A DNA stretch of 63,925 nt, filler included, from Phoronis australis (lineage: Eukaryota; Animalia; Phoronida), in the NCBI GenBank assembly GCA_002633005.1. It is 5 parts of 5 records of this genome, joined end to end, with 100 filler letters (N's around TTAATTAATTAA, not from the genome) between each part and the next. Parts side by side here need not be neighbours in the genome. Positions count along the whole stretch, not along the records: positions 24,037 to 40,978 come from NMRA01000886.1; 4 more parts are not named here. The stretch is one strand, 5' to 3'. Below are positions 26,157-36,717 of the stretch, piece after piece. Below the pieces are notes generated by a model. It saw only the letters and a list, made by a program, of their open reading frames with translations. It ran no database searches and was not told the DNA's origin. The first letter of the stretch is position 1, and each line of letters opens with the position of its first letter. The position numbers and the translations under genes are program-made.

Positions 26157-27850
26157 TTTTTGTGCGCCCACATACTTATATGTGTGCACATTACGCCGTC
26201 ATCCCTGTCGAGTGTCTGGTCCGCTGCTCTATCTCCAAAACCCTTTGATGAATGTTCATAGGAAAATTTGCGCATGTTCCTTTCGTGGATGGAATGGCAT
26301 CAGCACTTTCGGATGGATCTGAATACCGCTGTGTCCCCTAGTAACAATTTTAGTTTTTTATGTTACAGTGTACTTCAGTATCATCGAAGGTCCTCGGCTG
26401 ATTTTCATAAAATTTGGGATATAGGCATCTATTGGTGAGATGACACTATCTTTCCGTCTTCGGATAGATTTGAGGTATTTTGTGCCACCTAGTGGCCAAT
26501 TTTTCTGTTTTCGATTACCTCTATCAACCAAACAACTCTAGTATGATTGTGAAAATTGGCGAATATGTTCTGAACTGATTATTTTCAGACTTAAACTACT
26601 GTAGTGCCTCTTAGTGGTAGTTTTTTTGCACCCATGGCTATATCTCCTAAACCTCTTGCAGGATCTTTATTAAATTCAAGAGTAATTATATGAAGTTGAC
26701 AACGGACGACTTTCGGACATATCCGACTACCAATGTGCCCCCTTGTGGCAATTTTAGTTTTTACATTTACCTTTGTATCTTCTCAGGCCCTCAATGGATT
26801 TTCATTTAACTTGGCAAATAGGCATGTTAGTGAGATATGCCATCCTTTAGTTTTCAGATGGATTTGAGGTATTTTGCACCACCTAGTGGCCATTTACTGT
26901 TTTCAAGTGTTTTGTGGTGTGCCCCCCCTTTATCAACCAAACCAAGTATTTCTGAAAATTGGCATGTTGCTACTGTGAAGTGGATGATTTTGCGATTATT
27001 TCGACTACTGTGGTGCCTCCTAGTGTCATTTTTTGCACTCATGGGTGTATCTCCTAACCCCTCTGCAGGATCTTTATTAGCAAGTGTATTTATTATATGA
27101 AGTTGTCTACAGACCACAACTTTTAGGCAGATTCGATGTACACTGTGGCTCCAAGTGGCAATTTCATTTGTTTCCATTTTCATATTTCTCTGAAGTTCTT
27201 TGATGTATTTTCTTATGAAATTTTTTATATAGCTTCCTATTAAAAAAATGATGGGATTATCCCATTTCCAGGTGGATTCACATATTTTGCGCCATCTAGT
27301 GGCCATTTTTTACCGCCCCTCTTTGAACCAAACCACTCTAAGGGTGATTTTGAAAAGTACCGTGTATGTTTCTGTGAAGAGGATGGCTGATGATTTTTGG
27401 ACGACTCTGACTACTGTGGCGCCTCCCAGAGGATGTTTTTTACGTCTATGGCTGTGTGTTCCAAAACTCCAGGAAAATTTAGCAAGTGCATTCACATGAA
27501 CTTGACAATGATGATATTTGGATGGATCCAAATACTGCTGTGCCCCTTAATTTTTCTGTTGTCCTCCGTATCTTTGAAACTCCTAGGCAAATTTTGACGA
27601 CCACTGTGGTTCCCAATGACAATTTATTTTTTGTGTTTGCCCTTGTATCTTTGAAGTTTTCAGATGGATTTGCATGAAATTTGGCAAATAGCTTTGAGAG
27701 ACTACAACAATTTCCCATTTTACGATGGTTTCAACATATTCAGTGCTGTCTAATGGCCATTTTTATGGTACCAATAAATACCTCTAAAAGCACACCATTT
27801 GCGGTTCTGTCGTGGGCGCATTTCAACGATCTGCATTGCTCTTGCTAATT
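26157..27850 (+). mobile_element. Helentron-associated non-autonomous element (HINE/DINE-1-like) with internal degenerate tandem array
   Basis: 5' T-run, then subTIR GTGCGCCCACAT paired in a hairpin with ATGTGTGCAC, then a degenerate (GTCC)-like tract. Interior has many GCCACCTAGTGGCCA-type repeats. 3' end has subTIR GTGGGCGCA (27812-27820), a short stem-loop and (TTA)n. Same terminus at 54305-54380. Confidence 0.75.
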
Positions 27851-28002
27851 ATTATTATTCATTTCCAACAATTGCCAAAAGTCTGTCAACAATCTTACAA
27901 ATTAAAAATCTCGCTACAGAATATACTGCGGACAAGCCTTGAGAGGTTAAAATCTTTCTTAAACCCTAACAGCACCATTTCTGGTCAAATTCCGTCAAAG
28001 CT

Positions 28003-28149
28003 TCATAAGAACTCTTCGCACCATTCTTCGAGACAACCAAAGCACGTACTAGTATGGAGTTGATTTCCTCCCGTTACATCGGCCAGCCATTCGGTGAACA
28101 GAGCCTCGTTTTTCTTCAATAACAGAAATTGACCTAGCACGACACTAGC
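28003..28149 (-). CDS. BANF1: Second, diverged copy of the BAF terminal coding exon (exon 2b); candidate alternative last exon
   Basis: TTGCTTTTTAG|[48 protein letters not shown]. Same length (147 nt) and phase as exon 2a; 28/48 aa identical; no stops or indels. Confidence 0.85.
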   Translation of the reverse strand, partial: ASVVLGQFLLLKKNEALFTEWLADVTGGNQLHTSTCFGCLEEWCEEFL

Positions 28150-29696
28150 CTAAAAAGCAAACACAGCAGCTCAGATCTGTTTAAATGCTTGGAATGACCA
28201 TTGACAAAAGAGAGAATTTTCCAGGTGATGTATCATTCCACACATAAATAGGCTTGTATGATGGAAATATTTTTGGTGTTGTAAAATGTAACTGAAATAA
28301 ATGTTTTTGCACAAATCAAGTCGAATTAATGATAAAAAGAGACGGAAAAAAGCGGGAACTGGAAATCAAATAAGTGGGAATCAAAACCAAAAAAGAGGAA
28401 ATCCTCTTAAAAGAAGAAAATTCCAAGCCCTGTTGTCTACTCTACCAGCAATGCAAAAGACCTTTACTGTGGAATCACATACATGTAAACTGACCAGAGC
28501 CCCAACACCATCAAGCTTCACTTGTATTGGACTCGGTGATCATACCACATGGTTTGGGAGAAATTTTAAATCGAAGTTCAAATGGTGGTCTCTAGCTCAG
28601 GTTAATTATACATAATGTTAAAAAGTGACTACAAACCTGCCCTCTATCTGTGAAACCTACCTTTGGTTTAGACCACTTACCATCATGAAATTGGTCTCAA
28701 CTTAAGTTGAATTGGAGATTTCAGATTCAGAGCTGAATGAGACTCAGAAATCGCTTTTTCTTCTGAGCAAGTAACAAGTTGAGACCAATTGTATGTCAAA
28801 CAGTAGTCTAAATCAAAAGTTCGCTCCAGGATGGAATGGGGGTTAATAGTCGCTTTGTACAATATCCGTCTCGGTATTTCTTGAATCAATCCAAAACAAG
28901 GATAACAACAATAACAGCAGAGAAAACAAAACGCATGAATCGGGTTAGTGAAGCTTAAATCCCTTAAGTTACAGCATCACTGGAATATCAGTGGAGGGTA
29001 GCACAGCCCTTGACCACCAAATCTTACACTGGACACGACACGAAAATTGAGGAATCGTGCGCTACCCTTCAAGTTAACTTTGCAGTTCCATGACAAGAAA
29101 GGAGTCAAGTTGTCAGCTGAACAAGTGAAGTTTGGTGGTCATAGCAGGGTTTGAGCACAAGCAAAGGGGCAAAATGCCCCTCATGCCAAATCAGGTTGTA
29201 ATCTCAGAAACAAGAAGCACCAAATTGCTTGCAACTATTTGTTTTTTTAAGACAAAGTTAAAATTTTACCAGATAAGCTTTAGTATTCAAATTGTTTGTT
29301 TTGCACAAAGCAAAAACATGCTGGTTTGACCCTGCATAGGCACTGATAGGTGCAGGAGTGCAAGAAACTACAACGGGATACATTCTTGGCATAGTGACAT
29401 CTACATGATAATTTTATTTTGCTTTGGAATACCAGCATACCACAATGTGATGTACCTGCAAAAAAGGTCAATGGACAATTTTCCTTCTGTTTCAACCTTG
29501 CGTTAGTCAGCAGAAGTAAATCAACTTTTGAAATAAGACAGGTTAAGGCTCCTTAGTGTCCCACTACATGGGGGGGGGGGTAGACTCCACAGGCAATATT
29601 TTGGCCTGTCTAACCATCTATAATCCAAACCTCAGTTTGATAATCCAGATTTTTGGTCTTCCAAAAGAACTATTAACAAGAGATCATTATCAGCAA

Positions 29697-29808
29697 CAGG
29701 TATACTACAAGCATTTATAACAAGATTTAAATACAGGTATTACAAGGACGTCCAGGTATAATACAAGCATTTATAACAAGATTTAAATACAGGTATTACA
29801 AGGACGTC
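29697..29808. repeat. 56-bp tandem duplication downstream of BAF exon 2a
   Basis: CAGGTATAMTACAAGCATTTATAACAAGATTTAAATACAGGTATTACAAGGACGTC x2. Confidence 0.9.
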
Positions 29809-30191
29809 CTTGGAGTTGGGCTGCTACTCATATGACATCGGAGAAGATATCAAGTGAAATTTCAAGACAATACATAGATGAATGCTCATCCCGTGTCTCA
29901 AATTAATACGTAAAACGTCCACCTTCTGCAGTTAGCACTAGAGCAACACATTACTAAAAGCTACTAGTAATAAATAATAGAACTGGCAACATACACGGGG
30001 TACTGATTGTTGAAATTGACAAGTCATGATCAGATCAATGCTTTGCAAGTTCTCTGAGTGTGCTATACAGCATGAGGCCTCTTTCTCTAACATCTGAGAA
30101 TTCCTGGTACATAAGGTCAGGCATATACACAAAGTTCAATGTTTTGATAATGAAAAAAAAATTGGTTGTAAATTGGTGAGTCGAGATTGCT

Positions 30192-30338
30192 CTACAAAAA
30201 CGAGTCACACCAATCTTGCAAGCAATTGAAGCAGTCTCCAGCTTGTTTTTTATTGGCATTGCATGAATCCTTTAACCACTCCCCGAACAGCTCTTCGTCT
30301 TTCTTGAGCAGCAAAAATTGCCCCAACACAACATATGC
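30192..30338 (-). CDS. BANF1: Barrier-to-autointegration factor, canonical terminal exon (2a)
   Basis: TTTCAG|[48 protein letters not shown]. Confidence 0.97.
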   Translation of the reverse strand, partial: AYVVLGQFLLLKKDEELFGEWLKDSCNANKKQAGDCFNCLQDWCDSFL

Positions 30339-32052
30339 CTGAAATGCATCAGAAATAACAGATGAATGGACAAAATTGAGAAATGATTTCACAAGACCAT
30401 GTGAAGAGATTGTGTAACATGCTGTGAACGTACCAGGCACTTTGAAGTGGCCGCAATGGTGATTTTACCGACTCCTTTCACACTACCTGAGGCATGTTTA
30501 CCCAATTTTCAAACAAAATTCTTGTTTTCAAGAGCAGCTATGGTGCACTTGACAGCTGCTGCTCCTTGATTTTTGAGCTTCCCAGTTTAAGGTTATGTAG
30601 GACCATAGAAAACTGTGCAAATTTGGCTAACTTTGGAACACAGTACAAAAATAGCTAATCGGATTCTTAATGAAACTGTCCTAAGTATGCTTTTACATGG
30701 AGGACTATCAAAAATAGAAACAAAATCAAAACTATATGACAGCATTTTTGAAATCTTATCTTGAAAATTTATTTAACTTTGATTATGTTATTGATACTAT
30801 CATTTTCCTATCAACGCACTCTTCCTTTTTGGTGAATTTTACTAAAAAGACAATAATGTGAACCAATTAATGACAGATTATGTAAAAAATCAATTCTACA
30901 GACTATCTACTTTCAAAAAAATATATATACTTTTACGGAGCTAAAATCTATGTAGATATTTGTCTTGACAACAAGGTCCTAAACAAACCTTAAACACACA
31001 CGGGCCTGCTTCACAGAAGAGTCATAACTTGAAGTAAAACATATTACTAAAAATAAAAACCAAGAGATTTTCTTCTGACGTCAAAGTTTCATCTGTAACC
31101 TCGTTTAAATCCTAGAAGTCTTAACCCGTAAGTTCTCACAAATACAAATCAGAGATGACCTAACCATGTTGCAAGAACTTGAGTGAAAAAGGCACTAGAG
31201 TACTAAACCAAACAGAAATGACATGATAGATCAAAATATGTGCAGAACTTTGATAGAGATTATAATCACACTGATTTAGCACTCTCATAGAGTGAGCACA
31301 TAGGACCTCAACCGGGTGTTTTATTCAGCAGGGGCACTTTATCAGATGTTTAAAGTTATGTATTTGGTTTACACAACTTGAAAGTCAGCTGGCAGAAGTT
31401 CACAGGCTAAACCTGAAATCTGATGTTGAAACAATAGTGCAGGATAACACCATGAGCAGTATTAATAACAATAGGCTTATCTGGAATTTGCCAAAGGATA
31501 AGGGTATTATGTACTCAACAAAATTTACCTACAACGCAGTATGTCACCCAATCTGCTACTTCATAGCTGCTTTTTGGACATAATTATGAATGTTCCATCA
31601 TTTTGTCGAAATTTCTTTTGCATTACGAGTTGAAATTCTGGCACTAGGGAACTGACGAATTGTTAAATATTCACGAAGGCATAAAATTCTGTTCCTTACT
31701 CAAATTTGCATGACCATAACACGGAGAAAACTACATCCCTCATTACATACATTTTCTCCCCACACAGAGGTGTTCAGTTCTGAATAATACTACTGAGTCA
31801 CTGATATTATTTTCACCAGGTTGCGTTACTGTCAACAGCATTTCTTTAGTTCTGTCACAAACAGACAAAATACAAGCATTTCCAAATGTTGCCTGTCTCC
31901 ATGTAGCTACAAGTACTCAAGTCATCCTGATAAAGTAGAATTTTTCTAGGTAATGTTCATTTCTGTACAGAAACTTGAGGAAACAAAATGCCGCTGCCAC
32001 CAAAAGAACAATTTGAGGACAAAATGGAACATAGTTTAAAAGGGGAAGGTAC

Positions 32053-32178
32053 CTTATCAAAACCCTGATCAGCCAGGCGGCCACCGAGAGTTTCACCAAT
32101 CCCTGCTAGGTCTGTCACCGGTTTATCTCCCATAGGCTCTGAGACAAAATTCCTATGTTTTTGGCTTGTCGAGGACAT
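32053..32178 (-). CDS. BANF1: Barrier-to-autointegration factor, first canonical coding exon (acceptor at 32206; 90-aa protein with exon 2a or 2b)
   Basis: [42 protein letters not shown]|GT, phase 0; HhH GIG motif intact. Confidence 0.97.
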
Positions 32179-32508
32179 TTTTGGTACCTTCGCAGCTGTT
32201 TTTTTCTGGAACAAATAAAACAGTATTTAACAAGATAAGTTTAGCATTGTCATTGGGATCTCAACAAGTGTAGAAGACATGCACTTTGACTTCATTGTTA
32301 AGAATTAACATAAGGCATATTACATCAACATCCAATGAACATGTAATTGACAACCACAAAACTAAGTACTGAAATATTAAAGGCAAGTCTGTCTCGCTTT
32401 CAAGTAATGCCCAATACGATGAGGACCCCTGATCATTTTGAAGAAATAAGCTTCCACCATTAACCACAAGTTTATTTTTCCCACCTTATTTCAGAATATT
32501 GAACTGCA

Positions 32509-32593
32509 AAATGGTATGGGCTCAGAAATGGTATGGGTTCAGAAATGGTATGGGTTCAGAAATGGTATGGGTTCAGAAATGGTATGGGTTCAG
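32509..32593. repeat. 17-bp minisatellite (AAATGGTATGGGTTCAG)x5 upstream of the BAF coding exon
   Basis: Five head-to-tail copies, one substitution, no spacers. Confidence 0.95.
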
Positions 32594-32883
32594 AAATCGA
32601 CTACTGAAATCTCACAAATCAAATGGAAAATGTGGCAAACAAGAGAAATTTTGCTTTTAATTTTCATAAATGATAAGTATCATCAGACACATTTTAAATC
32701 GAGTTCTGTAAACCAACAAACAATGTTTTGAGAAAGTGTTGACATTTACAACATTATAAGCCCTTGAAAAACGAAGAAATGTCAATTTTGGCAATTATTT
32801 TTTCCCCAAAATAGACGCATAATATTACCACGCCATCTATAGACTGACAGGTGAAAGTTTGGAAGAACTTTATTGTTTCACAC

Positions 32884-33018
32884 CTTTTTCATATTCCTAT
32901 TAGATGAGCGGGAGGATGTGCTCTTACTCCCATTAGGGTCAACAGAAGCAGCATTGTTGGAATTGCCACAGACATTGTCATTCACATTGTCAGAAGCAAT
33001 ACCAGGCTCGTCAGTCAT
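32884..33018 (-). CDS. Putative upstream BAF coding exon giving an N-terminally extended isoform
   Basis: GCCATGA start; 45 open codons MTDEPGIASDNVNDNVCGNSNNAASVDPNGSKSTSSRSSNRNMKK; AAG|GTGTGA donor in phase 0, joining in frame to [16 protein letters not shown]. Confidence 0.4.
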
Positions 33019-34384
33019 GGCACAGAACGCAAACTATGGCTCTATTTCAAGCATCTAACTTTTTGTGTTAGTGAGTCAACAAAGAGATGATGTCATTATA
33101 GCTGTACCACATCAACACAGCATGGAAATCATTCTACTGCAGTAGCACTCAAGGGAGCTTTAGTGGGATTAAGGACATGGCTAAAATATTTTACCACTAG
33201 ACAATTCGTAAATTCAAGTATGTCCAGGCCTGGAATACTTCGATTTTGCCAGTGAAAACTGTCACTGCTACTGCTATGGGCTTGATGCTGAAACTTCCAT
33301 GTTCTTCACAATAGAAAATTTGACTGGCACTACAAAACCCATGTCATGTTCGAAAGTCCATGTCCGTACTCTGTCAAGTTTGTGTGTTAAGTCTTGGAAT
33401 AAATGCAATGAACCGGTATCAAAAATCCAAAATGTTCTAATTTGCCTAAGAAATGACTGGTTGCACAGGTTTTCAAACTAGACACAGGTAAGCCAAACGT
33501 GTCACCACAAAATTCAAACTAAGTACAGTGACAAGACAAAATAAACTGGGGAGAGCACTGATCTTGAAAGTGTTGAGCATAATCTCAGTTTACCAGTACC
33601 CTCACTCACCTGAGAGGAAAGGTGAATTTTTGCAGCGTTTTTACTAGGAGGTGAATTTCCACACCATTTTTACTAAGAGGGGAATTTTTACAAGGTTTAT
33701 AAATTGCATTGCTTTTTATGTCAATGACATATACACCATGAAGGGAATTTCTGATTGTTAAGAGAATTTTTTGACTTGATAATGGGGAATTTTGCATGAA
33801 TTCTGAATATTTTTGAGAGGAACAGGGCCCGATATTCGGACCCAATATCGAGGAATTGAGGGCTTTGTTTGTATACACCCTGTAGAACTCTTAGTTAAAT
33901 GTAGTACGAATATCTTGTATATTTTAGCAGAGCATGCGTTTTGGGTTACACCCCTCTTCCTTTTAGTATAATGTGTTAGCTATGTGTTAGCAGTCGTACT
34001 TAGAAACTAAATTTCGTTTTTAATTTACATCTACATCTCATCAAGGCCACTGCAATGAAAAGCAGGTTGACTGTTAAGCATACCATATATTATGTGACGG
34101 GTTTTGGTATGCTAAATTTTTTGTTGAACAAATCCCAACAACGGTGATCAATCAAAGGAATTGTCGGCTTTTCTCATCCTGTTTGTACAAATTGTGTCGT
34201 TGCAAAAACTGCATAAGATATGTCAACCTCATTACGGCATGGAGAATATGTTGTGAAGATTTTATGCCTGGTAACTCGCAACATATTTCCCACGCTGTAT
34301 TGAAGTTGACATATTCATATACACTCAGGAGCTAATGGGCAAGATGCCCACTACTAAATCTGATTGGATTTCTGTGTTTGACTA

Positions 34385-34475
34385 GTGGTCCCGATGGCTC
34401 AGTGACTAGAGCGTCTGCAGGGTTAGCAGAAGGTCTTGGGTTCAAGTCCCGGTTGGTGCCAGAGATCTTTTCAGA
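34385..34475 (+). mobile_element. tRNA-derived SINE head
   Basis: Box A TGGCTCAGTGACTAG and box B GGTTCAAGTCCC; poor acceptor stem, followed by GAGATCTTTTCAG. Confidence 0.65.
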
Positions 34476-34859
34476 CTTATATTCATTAGGTCACGTGATA
34501 TGGCCAACAGATGGTGTGTTAACCAGACTTAAAATGTTTGCTACATAAGTTTGGTTTTTGTTAGCATACTACTCTCTGATGGCACATCTCCACATCATAG
34601 AATGCTAGAACCATGTCTATGCTGTAGGAACTATGATGTTCGTATATGGCATCTGTAGTGTATGTTTTTCCTTGTTAAATGATCACCCACTGTCCTCCAT
34701 TATGATTCTTCAGTATGAAGGATTCCCTAACATTGCTGGATTGTAACAGTTAGTCACTGAGTCATTGTGTAATGGTGTTTATTGTATTAAAATATCAGTC
34801 ACCTTTTTCTTCTACTTGATTGTGTGATAAAAATTACCATTTACTTACTGGAAACTCGC

Positions 34860-35051
34860 TGACGCTTAAATTGGGAAATTGTGAGACAGGGGGTTGGGTA
34901 ATTATCCAAGCACTGGGTGATTTAACTGAAAATTGGCAAAAAGTAGGGGATGGGCAATTACCCAAGCAGTGGGCACTTAAACCGATAATTGATAAAAAGT
35001 AGGGGATGGGCAATTACCCAGGCACGGGCGTTAACCCGCAACTTTACCGTA
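34860..35051. repeat. MITE remnant with repeated AAAAAGTAGGGGATGGGCAATTACCCA
   Basis: Two exact 27-nt copies and a pogo-like end CTTTACCGTA. Confidence 0.5.
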
Positions 35052-36327
35052 TTTTTCAGTTTTGTCTGCAATCCCATTGGTGATATTTTTTGACATAAGA
35101 AATTTGATGCTCTTAATGCCCTAAGCTATCATGCGAGTCTAGGAAATAGCATCAGAGCACCTGTTCAAACTATTTGATTTTTACATCACACACAATTACA
35201 GTGTCAACAATCCAAAATTGATGAGTAAACGGGTCCGAGTTTCAAGTTCCGTAGTCTTCAAAATGAAGCTGTGAATAAATAAACAATCAAAAACCACTAG
35301 CCATGGGGAATCACTAGACTTTCTCCTTTCTTTTAGATATTCCCACACTAAGAGAAACCTTCATTTCAGGTACTCAGTTCACCCATTGTTCTCTGCAATG
35401 CTAACACAATTTGGGCAAACAGGGTGAAAAAAGCAGACAATTTCTTTGATGGATCACCAGTGTTGGTATGTGTTCAACAAAAAATTCAGCACACCATAAC
35501 CCATCACACATATGATATGCTCATGCAAGTTCCCTCATGTATGTGAGAGTGCACTCATATCCGGATTTTGGCCCAAGGGCGTTAATATTCAAAAACACTT
35601 TTTTTCAAAGAGGCAATGTTTGGAATGTAAGGTACATAGACATAAACTCCGGATATAGTAGTATAGCTCGATGCCAATTAATTTTTTCATGTTTTGTCAA
35701 TGGTCGTAACATCCTTGTTTTTTGTGTTTAGACAGTATAACATAGCATAGCTTGTACAGTATAGAATTTCAACCCACAAGGCACTTCCGAAACAACTCAA
35801 AGCATGTCAATATAGGAGTAATTTGTCAAACATTTTATCTGCGACTGCAACACACTCACTGGTTATTTGTTGACATCAATACCAATAAATACTATAACCA
35901 CCTCCAGATTTTCCTAATTCAATCGTCAACCTTCATGGCAAAATGTCGCCGCCCACTCTTTCCATTCACGGCAACCAATGTGCGTGCTCATTAAGGGCAC
36001 ACCTAATGCATTAACTAAACCATGCAAGGTACATGCCGGCACCGAGAGGCTCCTGATAGCAATTCCGTCCACGATGAGCTGACCTCGGTTTGACCTGGCG
36101 TGATGAGATCATAAACACAGAGCTGACTTTGATCTGTAATTCAACTTCTTTTAAAGGCGAATGCCACCCGATTTAATTAGCCTTTCTTGCCGTCTTAATC
36201 GGTCTATTTCCACATCGCCTCGCATACAGTCGACCTTACCTTGCCAAGAGGTGTCGCGTTAACCTGTGACGAAGGTGAGAAACGACGCTAGCGACGTCAG
36301 TGGTTCATATGCAGAGTGAATGCCACT

Positions 36328-36512
36328 ATGTTGCGGTGTATCGTTGCCGCTTGTCCAAACTAAGCAGCCGCGAGGAAAGCGAGTACATCGTTTTTTTTAC
36401 TTCCTCGAGAGTCCGAAATGCTTAGGAAGTGGCTCATGGTAGTGAAGAATGAAATGTACGCTGTAAATAGCAAGTATGAGGCCGTGAAACATCTCCGTGT
36501 CTGTGGCCTGCA
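36328..36512 (+). pseudogene. THAP zinc-finger N-terminus of a transposase (one stop, truncated before His)
   Basis: MLRCIVAACPN*...TSFFLLPRESEMLRKWLMVVK...HLRVCGL fits C-x4-C...P...W...C. Confidence 0.8.
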
Positions 36513-36548
36513 GACGACGTCGACAGTGCCTCACGAATGCCGGCTTAC

Positions 36549-36717
36549 CAAATAACTCCATACGTTCCGTTGTCTGAGCTTGTTCACGGCGCCTCTCTAG
36601 TATTCCTTCATCACTGTATTCCTGTTCGAATTGATAGCCTGTAAACGATCCACCTTCGAAGTCGGGATTGATGAGCCGCTCTCTAGCTTGTCCTAAGTCG
36701 GGATTGCGAGTTGCCAT
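36549..36717 (-). pseudogene. First exon of a KolX / P2X7-ballast-like accessory gene
   Basis: MATRNPD...FTGYQFEQEYSDE...ERM followed by a GTAAGC donor; the YxFEP-like acidic motif precedes the Cys-rich domain in P2X7-like invertebrate proteins. Confidence 0.5.

Noticed and set aside
26837-27718. Overlapping ORFs up to 150 aa as genes
   Set aside because: They lie within the HINE tandem array and show no recognisable domain.
28150-30191. A second BAF exon 1 (complete tandem paralogue)
   Set aside because: No SQKH/EPM/GIG-like coding sequence found on the minus strand. The GTAAGT donor at 28680 has an in-frame stop 8 codons upstream in the phase needed for exon 2b.
32509-32593. Regular short repeats as a CRISPR array or repetitive protein (ORF 32516-32731)
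   Set aside because: Head-to-tail 17-mers with no unique spacers, no cas genes, eukaryotic intronic context.
34385-34460. Functional tRNA gene
   Set aside because: A and B boxes are present but the acceptor and anticodon stems pair poorly; better explained as a SINE head.
35930-36000. BAF core promoter (CCAAT, GC-box and YY1-like motifs)
   Set aside because: Short motifs only; a transcription start cannot be placed without transcript data.
36361-36363. In-frame stops in the THAP relics as recoding (readthrough or selenocysteine)
   Set aside because: Accompanied by truncation or frameshift; ordinary pseudogene decay.
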